Notes: generated by a model from the sequence alone, not told the origin. A stretch of DNA of 64,000 nucleotides from the human T2T-CHM13v2.0 reference genome, Homo sapiens (GCF_009914755.1 NC_060930.1); one strand, 5' to 3'. Positions 30,601 to 44,087 are shown, numbered from the stretch's first letter. Translations and numbers: made by a program.

Positions 30601-33394
30601 ACTTTGGAGATTGGGACATTGGAATAAAGGAAAAATGTACAGGACTCATGAAGAGCTTAAATGTTCACGAATATCAAGCTAAACAAGAGTTAACTAAATG
30701 GACTAAACTCACAGAAAAATGAAGCCATCTTTTTTACTTTTGTTTGGAATATTGCTGATTCTTGTTTTGTTTTTTAGAGTCAATAAAATTTATTTTGAAC
30801 TATTTATGGCCTTTAATTATTGAGTAATGTATACTCCTGTGAACAAAATTTGAAGCATATTTGTCTCTGCCTGGCTTTTCCAGAATTTGGAAACTAGTTG
30901 TGAGTATTCTTAACTTATAGCAATATAGTTGTTTGCATCAGTGAAATAAGATCCATTTTGTTTTGCAACAGGGCACAATTGGAGAAACTGGTTGTTTTAT
31001 CAGGGCTTTGACTAGAAGGGAGTGCCTCCCTTTAAGGAGTCAATTTCGACTTGCAGAGCTGATAAAAAGTCTTTGAGAAAACTGGCATCATACTCTTGTC
31101 TATGCGGTCTTGTACAGGGTTCCTGACCTAGGGTTAGTAAAGAGTGTCACTTTCTGACAGGCACAGGAGCTCCAAGTTTATTTTGGGACCTTAATAGGAG
31201 AGGATTATGCAACTCACAGGTATTTGAGGCTACAAACCCATGGCTGGGCTTGGATTTAAATGGTCTTATCTGAGATTCCTTGTGGAACAGAGTTTCATCC
31301 AAGCCAATCTAAAAGGCTTATGTATAAATAATTATTCCTGCTGCACTTTACACAAATAATCAGGTCAATTATAAGACTAAAATTTATTTTGCAAACATTC
31401 AGTCCTATTATGATTTTTTTAACAGAATGAGGACTGGAGAGAGAGAAATTATGTTTCAAAATGTATTATACATTTGTCATTTGATTCTAGACTCATTAGC
31501 TGTTTTTAAGCTTTTGCCCACATTAGACTAACCCTGCTTTTTCCTGTGAACCAACCAGCAATCTCTGACTGCAGCTCAGAAGGAAAAAAAGGGATGGGTG
31601 ATATAAAACTCTGGATCAATTATTCTGGTTCTGAGCAATTGTCCTGCAAATCCTGCTGGGTAATGGGAATAAATAGGATGCCCATCACCTGGAGGATGCC
31701 TTTTTGCAAAAGTAAGACCAAGGGAGCCAACGAAAGCCAAGCCCCATGCACCAAAATCTTAGCAAGTATAACTATAGCCACCAGTTATCTGGGCATGTCA
31801 CAAGACATCTTTTTCTCTCCCCTGTTGGAGGAGGACTCAATTCCACAGCTTCACCTTAGCGTTTGGTTTATGATAAGGAGTTCTTGCAATCCCTGAAACA
31901 CATTTTTTTGTCTCAAACTTAATTCCAAGCTTTGCATCCAAAAAACTGGATCTGAGAGATTCAGAGGTAGATGATAATGAGAGTTAAAAGGCATAGTGCA
32001 GGTGAGCATAACTGATTCCTGTCAATTAAGCCAAGTTTCCCATTTCATGGATAAAGATCATGCTAGTAACCATGGCATAAATGAGGTCCAGGGAATTCAA
32101 AGGTACTGAGCAGGGGAGATAGGGCATATGTGGGTAAGAGCAGATATTCTTACCACCTAAACCCCCTGTTAACATCATTTTGACACTACTGGGTGGCACC
32201 TTGTCACAGTTATTAGGACTCAGAGATACAAGGACGGAATAAAGAATGAGAGATGCCTTGATTTCTCTCCCTCATGTACCCCGGGTATTTGCTAGGAAAA
32301 GAAGGGAACCAGGGAGGCCTGCTCCTCTCTTTCTAGATGAGTAGCCATTTGTCTTCAGTATGTACACCTTTTGAATTCATCCTGCACCCCGGGACTCCTT
32401 TGAAAAAAAATGCCTTTTTCCCCCTTTTTTCTCCTCTGTCCTCCTTCATGGATAGGTAATTATGTCTTTATACTACAGCACACTCCCCTAGGATGCATCC
32501 TCCAAACTGGAAAGAGTTAATTTGCCAAACCTTAGACTGGTTGGCTTAGGACTGGGCTCAAGGAAAGGGAAACCAGAAGACTGGCATGCCTAAAGAACAG
32601 TAAAAGTTTTTTTTTTTTTTTCCAACCACACTTTTGGGCTTCCTCTACCCATGCAAATTAGTAAAAAGTCTTGGGATTTTTGAGCTGTCATTAACCTCCC
32701 CCACCACCTTGTTTTGTTTTAAGACTTGTTTTCTAATAACCCAGTTTGTCTCTTCTTGCCTTCTGGCCATCAATCTCCAAATGGTCATGCAACCGGAGCC
32801 TGGTTCAATTGTTCCTTTTGCTGGGAACCCTTAGATAGGCCTCTAAGGGAGATCTGACTGCTCTTTTCCCAAAACAGTGCTACCTGTCAGCAGGAAGCAG
32901 TTAAGATCAGTCTTCATCCTTTTCCTTATCTTTATTCTAATGGCAATCAGGTGTACTTTTCAGAGGGGGGAATGATAGAGACAGGAGACAGCCAAGGGTC
33001 CCTGGCGAAACCCTGCCTTCAAGCCTAAAACACCCTGAAGGCTGAAAAGCTGGATTTCTGGTCCCAGATAATGCCTGCCCTTTCCTGACTGATTCTTTCT
33101 GAATAATGCCCACCTGTGCACTGGACAGTGCGGAGCTTGGGAAGTTCATGCTGTTTGCAGTGGGGAGAAGCCTAGCCTCTCCTGTTCCTGTGTGATGACC
33201 TGGGCTTCAGTCTGTGAGGCTGGAAATCTGCTAGCAGACCTCTCTCTCACTTTGCTGAAAGTTATTTTTTCTATTTCCTTTACGCCCAGTAACTTCTATT
33301 TTCCTCATGCTTCTAGGTGTCTGTTAGCCTAATCTTTCCTAGCTGTGTGACAAGAGCCCGGTTTTTGCTGAACTAAGGAGAAAGTTCTGCAACA
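27631..33394 (+). mobile_element. Complete non-autonomous ERV1 provirus, MER61 family (5'LTR ~27631-28067, internal, 3'LTR 32973-33394)
   Basis: Two homologous LTRs (gacagccaagggtccc..aaaccctgccttcaagcctaaaac ... ctgaactaagga.aaagttctgcaa.a); PBS at 28072; polypurine tract agaggggggaa at 32962-32972; AT-rich internal region without long ORFs. Confidence 0.88.
28072..28095 (+). promoter_or_regulatory. Degenerate primer-binding site, tRNA-Lys(CUU)-like
   Basis: tggcatccagacatggggcttgaa vs TGGCGCCCAACGTGGGGCTCGAA, 4 nt after the 5' LTR; differences are transitions plus one inserted base. Confidence 0.65.
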
Positions 33395-33699
33395 ATAATA
33401 TAAAAACTTCCACTTCAGAAGGAGATGAAGCCTTTGGAAAAGTTTCATGGGGAAGGATTTGAGGTATTTTGAAAGAAATGGAATATTCTGATACACAAAG
33501 ACAAGGATGAGTACAATCTAAATGTGTAGGCAGGAGAGGAAAACAAAAATAATAGCACAGCCACACAGCTGGGAGTGAGCATGAAATCAGTGGATAGGCT
33601 TTGTAGGGTTGACATGGGTCAATGATAAGGTTCTTGGTCAATCTCCATACTAAGTAGAAAAAGAAATCTTCAAGAGGTAAAATGGACTTTATTTTAAAT

Positions 33700-33748
33700 A
33701 TAGATACACATATATATATATATACATACATATATGTTTGTGTATATT
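33700..33748. repeat. (TA)/(CA)-rich microsatellite
   Basis: acacatatatatatatatacatacatatatg. Confidence 0.8.
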
Positions 33749-35377
33749 AAAGTATAAAATAGTGCTGTCACTCTATTGCTTGCAAGCCCTTTTTTATTAG
33801 TGAATTCAAGTACAAAATCCTTAAGAAGGCTTTTAATAATTTAACATTATAAGTTCATGAAGAGCTACAAAATTATTTTGCTGAGGACTTTATTTGCAAA
33901 GAACTCATGTTTTTTTGTTGCTCTTAATAACAGAGCAATGGAGAATCTAGATTTTTTTCATCATCTAGTGGTATATAATACTAATAATATATTCAGTATA
34001 TATCCCTAAAGTAGCATTTCAGAGAAGTTCATCAAAGTTTTAATGCTGAGCATATAAAAACATCTGTCTAGTGATAACAAAGGAAGAGTCGAGAACACAG
34101 AGAAGTGGGACACATAGAGAAATGGTGGATCACCGCTTCTCAAATTTCCATTGTGAAGGGACAAATGAGATGAGCATAAACAGTTAACATGTTTAAAGAT
34201 TCAATTCTGCCCACACCTGTTCCATCAAGGCCTACAAATCACATGTGGAGGCCTGGATGCCAACTCAGGCTTCTCAGGGGAATTGGATGCATCAGGAATT
34301 CCAGGGGGTTGGAGAGAAAAACACTGAGTTATTTATTTAGCAAGGTATTATTTGACAATTTTAATAGCTTCAAATGGATGATAATTCCCAAATCTCACAG
34401 GATCAGAAAAGTGCTAATGAGAATAGAAGTCTATCCACTTTCCTATGCCATCTCCTTTTTAAGAAGCTACTCACACTGTCTTTTATTTTTATCTCCATTT
34501 ATATTCCTGAGTTAAATATGGTATGCAAAATATACAAGATGGATTTGATAGTGAATGCTGAGAACTAGAGAAAGCTACGATATTGCTGACTTCTAGCTCA
34601 TCTTGTCCTGCTTAGTGGTTATTTAATTATTTCATTTTAAAGGTCTGCAGTGAGATTTGAGAATGAGGTAGGAAAGTTATCAAAATGGGTATTTACAACA
34701 TAGGCAATGAGAAAAAGATTGACATAGTCAAACAACCTGAGTTTAACTCCTATAACCATCATTTCCAATGAAGATTTTGCATTGTTTTTTAAAGTATTCT
34801 GCAAATGTGCTGAATATTCTGTTTGCCTAGTTCTTATATCTGCTCTACTCGATCTTACTTTGCTATATGTTCCAGACATATAAACTACATCAACAGGCTC
34901 CTTGCCACACAACTTCAATTTGGATCTGGGCCATTAAAATCACAAGCATAAATTTGGAAGTCAGGAAAAGAGCAGGTTCAGAAAAAGAGGCTAGATTTCC
35001 TTCCTTCCAGGTCTTGGGTTGGCACTGTCAAGGCTTTCCCTTGCAAAGATTGGAAGCCCAGCTTTGACTGTGCACATATTTGAGAAGTACATGGATAACT
35101 CCCTTGCCAGGGGAAAATAAGAAAGTGTTAATACTTAGCATAAAGTGAGATATCACAGATTATCATGGATTATCACAGGTAGTGGTTTGATATGATGTAC
35201 AAGTGGAAGGGCAGACATTGGTAGAGCAAGTAGCTGTGATTCTTAGTCACTATTGCAACAGCAGTCACTAAAACAAATTATTGCAATGGATTGCTGCTTT
35301 TGATGGATCTAGAAATTATACAGAGAAAAAAATGACAAACTAATAACCTGAATGCCTAATTCAGAACATGGGTAGAA

Positions 35378-35460
35378 TAGCAAATATATATATATATGCT
35401 AATATATATATACATATGCTAATATATGTATGCTAATATATATATATGCGCTAAACCTAG

Positions 35461-35501
<41 letters not shown>

Positions 35502-35508
35502 TAGGTTT
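35378..35508. repeat. AT-rich palindromic microsatellite
   Basis: Units of tagca/(TA)n/tgcta; aaacctagca-(TA)n-tgctaggttt at 35453-35508. Confidence 0.9.
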
Positions 35509-36032
35509 GAAGGAGTGGTTTATTTTCTATAGCCCAAGGATAGACATAGTTGAGGCTGAAGTTTAGGGTCTGATTGTAAAGGTATAATTTCAGCTACAAT
35601 CACCTGAAGAACAATGCCAAGTCTTTTATAATAAGGTAAAGACACTAGAGGGGAAGAAATGGAGCCTGAAGTGTGAGACAGGGATAGATGAATATACCCA
35701 AGGAAAGTTAAGAACGCTGTATTCCAAAATTCTTTCTTACTGTGAGTGAAGTCTCTTTCCTGCTGCTCTAAGCTGAGAGAACATGTTTTCTACCAGATGA
35801 AGGCCTTTCAATGATTTCACAACTGCCTCACAAAGAGATGGTTTTTTCCTTAGGACCTCATTGCTCCCAGGCTTATAGTGAGAATTGGGAAGAGTTAAAT
35901 ATAGGCAGATGCAGAGGTACAAGACTTGGCCCAGAAGCAGATAGCTTATGAGCTAAAAGAATTAAAGAAGTAGATACTGACTTACCTTCACTGCTCACAA
36001 CACTTCTGCTAATGTCAGAATTTATTGACTTA

Positions 36033-36445
36033 TGTGATGGTTAATACTGAGTGTCAACTTGATTGGACTGAAGAATACAAAGTATTGATCCTGGGTGTGT
36101 CTGTGAGGGTGTTGCCAGAAAAAGATCAACATCTGAGTCATTGGGCTGGGGAAGGCAGATCCACCCTTAATCTGGTAGGCACAATCTAATCAGCTGCCAG
36201 TGAATATAAAGCAGACAGAAAAATGTGAAAAGGAGAGACCGGTCTAGCCTCCCAGCCTACATCTTTCTCTCGTGATGGATGCTTCCCGCCCTTGAACATC
36301 AGACTCCAAGTTCTTCAGTCTGGGGACTCAGACTGGCTCTTCTTGCTCCTCAGCTTTCAGACAGCCTATTGTGGGACCTTGTGATTATGGAAGTTAATAC
36401 TAAATAAACTCCCATCTGTCCCCCTAGAGAACCCTGACTAATACA
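36033..36445 (+). mobile_element. MLT2A1 (HERV-L) solo LTR
   Basis: tgtgatggttaatactgagtgtcaacttgattgg...ctagagaaccctgactaataca; TSD actta/attta. Confidence 0.92.
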
Positions 36446-37369
36446 ATTTACAACATTCTTTTTTATTTCCATGGAAAAGTTTTATACCAATACAAAATTG
36501 CCCCAAATAGAGAATTCATTTATGGCAAATAAAGTGTTTAGAGGGTTCCCACCTGTGAAATAAAGACTTACATGTGTGCCATCACCCAAAAGAAGTTACC
36601 AGATAGAGTGGTGGAATAACAATATGAATGTTCACTTAAAGAACCAGATGGGAGAGAACACCCTGTACAGTTGGGGCACTATCCTATAGAAAAGGGTGGA
36701 TTTCTTAAACTAGCAGCCTCCGTTATAGGTAGCAGTAGATCCCATATAAGAGATTCATTTTTTGAAACTTCCCCTTCCTGAAATTCAGGGCTTGGTTCAT
36801 TTGGAGGGTGTACAAGGAAGGAATTGTTTCCACCAGGAATCATACTTATTGTATTAATTTGAAATTTGATGATTTCTCTTGGTAATTTGTGAGTAGGATG
36901 TTCCTGCCACTGAACCAACAGGCAGAGAGAGGGTCACCAGCCATGGAAATTAACTTGAATGACTTTCTTAGGACTCTTTTTCTTAGTGAAGAACTGCAGT
37001 GACCCAATAAAGAAAGAGAAGCAAGGACTCAGATCATATAGCAATAAAATATTCGGTCTCCCCAGCTTGTCCAACTATGATACTAGCAAACAGAACATAA
37101 AGAGAACATGGCATGGGTGTGGAAGAGTGAAGCTGTTCTTGTTAAAGCATTTTGACCACCTACATAAGTGGGACCTATAGCAACAGTGAATTGTGTTAAT
37201 TAGTTCCTCCATCCATTTTTGCTCATTGACTACGTCTTAGGTGTGATTTTTTTACTGAATTGACTTCACCTCATGATGACATTGTAGCTGATAAGACTTG
37301 CATACTCCCTGAAGTGAGATTTTTAATCTGGGCAAAGGATAAGTGTGGCTATGGAGGGACAGGAGTAAA

Positions 37370-37853
37370 AGACTTTGAACTGCTGCTCCATATCTGCTCT
37401 CCACCTCCTGTGCCAAGTCTGTGCCCTGGGATGCAGACCTTTCCTGATGAATCAATATGATATCTTGCCCTCTAGCTTCTTGTTGGATTGGGTTTGTGGA
37501 AGTCACCAGCAGAAGATCAGAGAGCTGGAAGAGTGTTAGGATATTTATTTCACCATCTTTTTTCATGATAAGCCTACATGATAAGCTGAATGTATCTACC
37601 AAAAACCTTAGCTCCTATGAGTAGCACTACACACAGCTACAACTACTTTCTGAATGCTTGTAACTGCTCTCATTTCTTAATCATTCTGAAATAGTCAAGT
37701 AAGTGCTCCCTTCCAGCACCAGAGAGCTTCACCATCTTTGGTTAGTTTTCCCTAATCCTGTTCACTTCTTTGGTAATTTGCCTCTCCATTCAAATTTCTC
37801 AACTATCCTCCCTTGAATGCACCATGTTTTTTTTACTGGAACAGTTAATCACA
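37370..37853 (+). mobile_element. LTR33-like ERV-L LTR
   Basis: cttgccctctagcttcttgttggattggg...caccagcagaagatcagagag...ggatatttatttc; lies directly 3' of the ERV-L internal remnant. Confidence 0.65.
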
Positions 37854-38499
37854 TTATTTTTACTTGTAAAATACATTTTTATCAGGAAGAATTTGCCTTC
37901 AGCTAATATCCCTAATGTTAACAGTTTCTGCACAGTTCTTTTATACCAATATAGTTAATTGGAACAATTTTAGTTAGGTCATAATGAGCTAATTATCAAG
38001 ACCGGTAGGCAAACTTAACCTCTGTGACAAAGACAGTTTACAACTTTAAGTGAATAGTTTCCTTCAGCAAACATTCATACAAATGCAGTTTTCTACACCA
38101 AATATTTTCCAGTTTAAGGTTACAAGTCAGTAAGCCTTAAAACAGGTAAAACAATCACTTAATAGTAAAGAATAGCTCTCTTATCCGTTACTCAAACAGG
38201 CTTAGAAACACAACTTTATGATAATAAAGTAGACAATAGTATATATTTAACTTTATGGTAATAGGCATGTAAATATTTGCTAACGTACTATCTCTCTGGC
38301 AAGATTCAATGCTTAGCTAAGTGCTTGTCTTTTCAATGCTCCTAAGCCTACATACTCATATTTTCTTTCACTTGGCTGACACCTGTAACTTCTGTTTCAT
38401 TCTCATTTATCCCCAAGATATAAATTTTTCAAAATATAGCTTATAACTTTCTGTTTTGACCATCACCATGTACCATACACAAAATATTTACCAGTTTAT

Positions 38500-38860
38500 C
38501 TCCAATATATTTTTCTACAAAATGAGAGTGATAACATCTATTTTATAAGATTTAGAAAAGGAATATTTAGTTAAGATATGCAAAAACACTTTGGAAAGTA
38601 GTATGCAAAAATGTACAAAAGAACATGTTTTGGGGGAACAAACCAGGATTAGAATCCTAACCTTCCTACATATTAATCTATATCTATACATATCTACCTA
38701 ATAAATTAATTTCTCTTCAGCTCATTTCTCATTTGCAAAAAAATAGGATGACTACAGCTTCCTAACAGGATTAAATAGTATAACAGCTAAATGAGATTAT
38801 GAATAAAAGTATTTAGTGTAGCTCTTTGTACATAATAGGTGCTCAAGTAATAAGTCCCTC
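38500..38860. mobile_element. MIR fragments
   Basis: tttctcatttgcaaaaaaatagg...aaagtatttag..cataataggtgctcaagtaa. Confidence 0.6.
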
Positions 38861-38915
38861 TTCAATGATAACCCAGGATAATACCATTACCCTCATCTAT
38901 GTTATTCTCTTTCAG

Positions 38916-39481
38916 TGTCAAATAACAATTGCACTGGACAAAGTTAGACAAGAAAGACTTATTCAAGACTATTACAACATTACAATAGAGGAGAGAGATT
39001 AAATATAACTCCACTGAAACAAGAGGCAGAAGGCTTTTTAAGCTCTGGAGTGAGCTAGTGGAAAAGTGCTGAAGGATATTGGGTGTGGTGAGGTTGATCA
39101 ATAGGATATGTGGAGTATATGGAATTATCTCTGAGTTTGTGAATATTTCATTCTGTAATTAAACCATCTGTGTTTGCTAATTTGTGTCCATGGAAGTTAT
39201 GTTCATACCTTCCCACAGAGACTAGGCAATAGAAGCACATTTGCCTTCATGATTACGTTTCAACAAGATGACTCCCAGGTCCTTAAGAAAGACACCCTTG
39301 GGTTCTAAAATTAACAAGAGGCTGGAAGATTTATGTACATTACAAAAGAGACAGAGAAAAAAATTCAAATTACAAGTTTTCTAAAGTAGTTCTAACAAAA
39401 GGGAAATCAGGGGACTAGTGTCAGGAAGAAATTTCTCTGAAGTTTAGGCAAGCTGAAGGGAAATTAAAACTGTCTTGGTCA
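38916..39481 (-). mobile_element. ERV1 solo LTR, MER67-like
   Basis: Reverse strand begins tgaccaagac..ttcccttcagcttgcctaaactt and contains tactttagaaaacttgtaat; TG..CA ends. Confidence 0.7.
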
Positions 39482-41952
39482 GCGGTACTAAGGTTGCACA
39501 TTCGAGGCAATATTATTTTTCTGAATTTGGACTTATGTTAATTGAAAACAGTTTTATTGTTAGGTAAATGTTGGTGAAATCTTCACAGAGAAAATTAGGG
39601 CCAAGCATGGCTTTATGAATATGATTTTACCAGACAGAAAGGGTAGAGCCATTTATTGGAAAGGAAATGTATGAAAAGTCAGGAGCATAAAGCCACCGGA
39701 TATATGAATGTGAGCAGATTGTTTTTTACCTTGCAGATTTTCTCATCTATAAAACATGTTTAGTAAATCCACCTCACAGATGTTGTTTGTGAATATACCA
39801 CACATATTCACAGAGGCCCTAGAATGTGTGAGATAGACAATTCTTTTTATTTCCACCCATTCATCCTTCCTCCCTTTCCTATTGGTCATGAAGCTTCATC
39901 TTTTATGTTTCTTTCTCCGGTTTCTTTTATCTCATTTTATTTATTTATTTTTTTTTTACTCTGTGGAAAAAATTACTCATTGCTAGAGAACAGAGCTAAT
40001 TTCATCATATAATTCATGGCGATTACTGCCAATGTGTCTGTGTTTAAACCAACCAATGAAATATTTCACTTTTTTTTATTGCCACTGACAATATAACCTA
40101 GAACGAAAGCAAAACAAAACATAACACCTAGTTCAGACCTAGTTACAAGAGAGGTGCAGATCCTTTCAGCTCAGGAGGTAGAATTTCAGTGGCTAGGCCT
40201 TGGCTGCTCTGAGTCACACAACCTAGAAATAGTTTCTGCCACCCTCCTAGTTGGGTGTGAAAATGAATGACCTCCCCTCACCCTTGTTTGTTGTTTTCTA
40301 GGAGCCCAGAGGTAAACACATCCTGCTGAAATAACGTGAACATTGTCTTTTCCGTCACCCAAGTTTTATTCCCCAATTATTACTCATCTTTCCTTGTTAC
40401 TTCTTTGTAAATATAGAAGTTGTCACCCTCCATGTAGTTGTTCTAGGCCATTTTATTTTTTCCTTGAATCTCCTGCTTTTTCTTTCTTCCCACAAGACAT
40501 ATTTAGACTCCTTTGGTACACTTTTGGACTTCTCACTTTCTCCTTCTTTCCTAAGGCAATGAATACCTTGGGGCTTAATTCTTTAAAATGGAAAGAAAAC
40601 TCTCAAGATACTCTCATAATACTTTTTCTTACCACCTCCTTTGTACAGGAAATTTCTCTTTACAAGACTCTCAAACTCTCTAGCAAATTTAATTGTTTCT
40701 AGGTTGTAGAGCCTTCATTAATCTGCCTCATTGCCATGACATGCAGATATTCCATAATATGCCCACATTCCTGTTTATGCTTCACTAATAAAAGCTTTGC
40801 TCATGGCTACATTTACTCCCTCCTACTCTCCTTCCTGGACCTTCTAGATGGCTCATTCTTCACTTCTTTTTATTGTTGTCTCTTTTCACATGCTTGAAGC
40901 CAATTCCACTCTCTCTTATACATTCATGTGCCTAACTCACGTGAGATGGGTGTAACTCTGAACATTACCTTATGCCAACAAACAAGTGAAACAATATATA
41001 GAAGAGCAAATCTATTTGCCAGTTTTATCCAGCTCATTTTTCAAAAGAAGAGAGGAATCTGTGTAATGGTTATGCCTTACTGAGATGAAAATGCCTTAAA
41101 GGAGAAAGGAGACTGTTTTTTTGCTGTATCACATTTAATATGGTGCTGAGGACAAAGTGGGTGTTATACAGAAAATAGTATTGTTCATAGGCATTGTGAA
41201 TTCTTTTGAATTATAACTTTTAAAATTCAGAGAGAATTTTTTCACTTCCATTTTAAAGCATTCAGCCTATTATAAAATTATACTGCCCACAGGTTTATGA
41301 ATAAGTTGTTTTCCCTGTCAAATTGCAGGTTATCAGAAGTATGTGTCAATTACAAGTGTAAATCATTTCCACCTGTGACATCAATTTTGCTTATTTGCTA
41401 GTTTTCATAACCCAGCAATAGGATACAAAATTATATCTATAGTTAATACTAATCCTGGTTAAGCCCATGAAAAGCAGTCCCTGAAACTGAATTCTAGATC
41501 TCTCCCCTACTTACAGACACATAGCACTGCCTTTTTCCAATGTAGAAACTTCACATATATTATTTCATTTATTCTCAAAATATTTCTGAGGCATAGAAAT
41601 ATACTAAATGCTGCTTTTACTGAATAATTTAGAGCAAGGCGGTAGCCCTGATAAATCTCCTTTTAAGACTCTCCCTAGGATAGCCCAACTCCATTCTTAA
41701 CTCGTTCCATGTGTTACCCCAAATTACAAAATTACAATTACAATTTCATTAAAAAAATTAAGGGCAAACACTTAAATATTTCTCTTCAGACATATATATT
41801 CACTGCTACATTAAGCTTCCAAAAGACAGAAATATTTTTCTCATTACTGAGTCTCCCTTCTGACCAAAATATATGTGCAATAAAATATTGTGGAACTCAA
41901 CCAAAAATGAGGTATGATCCCACAGCAGCGTCTCAAATTAACCTGTCTATCT

Positions 41953-42408
41953 AATAAATCTTGGGGCTCCAAAATCACTAAGCTAAAGGGAAAAGTCAAG
42001 CTGGTAACTGCTTAGGGCAAACCTGCCTCCCGTTCTATTCAAAGTCATTCCTCTTCTCAGTGTGGTAAATGCATATCGGATTGCCTCCTTTGGAAAGGCT
42101 AATCAGAAACTCAGAAGAGAGCAACCATTTTTCTCTTATACACCTATGATCTGGAAGCCCCTTCCCTACTTTGAGTTGTCCCACCTTTGCTTCCAGTTGC
42201 CCCACCTTTAAGGACTGAACCAACATTCATCCTATATATGCTGATTGATGTCTTAGGTCTCCCGAAAATGTATAAAACCAAGCTGTGCTCCAACCACCTT
42301 GGGCACATGTCATCAGAACCTCCTGAGGCTGTGTCACAGGCATGCTTCCTTAACTCTGGCAAAATAAACATCCTAAATTGAAACCTGTCTCAGATTTTGG
42401 GAGTTCAC
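41953..42408 (+). mobile_element. MER4A/MER4A1 solo LTR, slightly 5'-clipped
   Basis: aataaatcttggggctccaaaatcactaagctaaagggaaaagtcaagctgg...ggcaaaataaac...gagttcac; followed by (TC)n at 42409-42432. Confidence 0.88.
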
Positions 42409-42554
42409 TCTCTGTCTCTCTCTCTCTCTCTCTAATCTGTCTATAGTATTAGGAATATATATTGAGTTTTCCATTTAGTTTCTGAAAAATTTATTCTATT
42501 AATTTTTCCAATATGAAAACATTTTGTTTCTACTTGAAGGAGAACTAGGAAATA

Positions 42555-43560
42555 CCTCAGTTATGACTATTTGAATTGTAAATAACAGAAAGAAGCTGTT
42601 ACCCGAAAAGGGTCCAGATCCAGACCCCAAGAAAAAGTTCTTGGATCTACTGCAAGAAGTAATTCTTGAGCTAGTCTGTAGAATAAACTAAAAGCAAATT
42701 TATTAAGAAAGTAAAGGAAGAAAGCATGGCTATTTTATGGGCAGGGCAGCCCCGAGGGCTGCTGGTTGCCCATTTTTATGGTTATTTCTTGATTATATGC
42801 TAAACAAGGGGTGGATTATTCATGCCTCTCCTTTTAGACATATAGGGTAAATTCCTGACATGGCCATGACATTTTAAACAGTCACGGTGCTGGTGGGAGC
42901 CTAGCAGTAGGACGATCAGGGGTTACTGTGGTCGCCATCTGGCTTCTTTACTGCACACTGTTTTATCAGCAAGGTCTTTACGACCTGTATCTTGTGCCAA
43001 CCTCCTAACTCATCCTGTGACTTAGAATGTCTAACCATTTGCGGAGGCAGCCCAGTAGGTCTCACCCTTATTTTACCCAGCCCCTATTCAACATGGAGTT
43101 GCACTGGTTGAAACGCCTCTGACCAAACTGAAGTGAGCTTAAGCAAAATAAGTAAATGCATTTGATGAAGCTTTTGCCATTTCATGGAAATCAAAAGCAG
43201 TTGATCCTTATAACTGTGGCCATGATTGGAACTAATAAGTAGAAAGCCATCAGAAACCTAAACAGCACACCTTCTTCACTCTCTCATCCTTTTATCTTTC
43301 CATTGTCTGATTCATTCTTCTTTCCTTGCATGCTTGTTCTCTGTGATTCTTCATATACAAATGAAAAACCTTGGTTTCCTGAGTTTAGTTTCTTTATTTT
43401 CTTGATCTAACCAGATTAAATACAAATTTTCTTAGTCTTTATACCAAATTTCAAATTGAAAAATAATTGGTCTAGCTAGGAGTAGACATCCTTAACTGGT
43501 TCAATCAACTGTAGGCATGATGGTGGGAAAAACGATGGAATAGAATCATGACAGTTGGGG
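42555..43560 (-). mobile_element. Old MLT1 (J/K-like) MaLR LTR split by MER41A
   Basis: aattgtaaataacagaaa | aactgaagtgagcttaagcaaaa becomes contiguous when 42597-43124 is removed. Confidence 0.5.
42597..43124 (-). mobile_element. MER41A solo LTR
   Basis: Reverse strand begins gtcagaggcgtttcaaccag..actccatgttgaatagggg; ~530 bp; lacks the MER41B GAS block; flanks aagc/aaac. Confidence 0.9.
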
Positions 43561-44087
43561 TGTATAATTCTTACAGAAAGAGATTTATGGAAAACTTAAC
43601 AGGTATTTCATTGTTTTCTAAATCACAAAGCCAGTTGATTACATAGTTAATATGAGGCAAAAAGATATGTAGTGAAATGTTACTCAGATGAAGGACCAGA
43701 AACAAAGATTCTTTGTATGTTTTTCTCACCGAAAAAAAATCACACCTGGAGTCCTTCTAAGGAGTATTCTTCTAAAAGAGGCTGACAAATAAGGAAGTGC
43801 ATCTATTGACAAGTATCATTTTCTAATAATTTTCTTTAAATGCTTAAAGAAACATATGATTTTAAATTGTGCTTTATTAATGCACCAGGGTAAAATGTAT
43901 AAACATTGTAATTCAAGTCTTCCTATGAATTTGTTGAATGTATTGCTTAAAAAGGTAATTCCTCAAAATTTGAATTATAAATAGTGTATATTGATTAAAA
44001 AACCACCAAAATGTTAACCATAAAAAGTAAACATTATTTCATTTTCTATAGTTTTAAATTTCAAATAGTTTTGTTCTTCAAGACTAA

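Larger units (their letters stand above)
35150..37200 (+). mobile_element. Ancient ERV-L-class internal remnant (integrase/dUTPase-like pieces)
   Basis: catcacccaaaa..atagagtggtggaat (HHP..IE.WN) at ~36580; ccaccagga..ctgccactgaaccaacaggca (PPG..LPLNQQA) at 36830-36925. The left boundary is approximate. Confidence 0.6.

Noticed and set aside
42597-43124. MER41 as an interferon-inducible STAT1 enhancer
   Set aside because: The sequence reads ttcatgcctctcc, without the tandem TTCnnnGAA block of MER41B.
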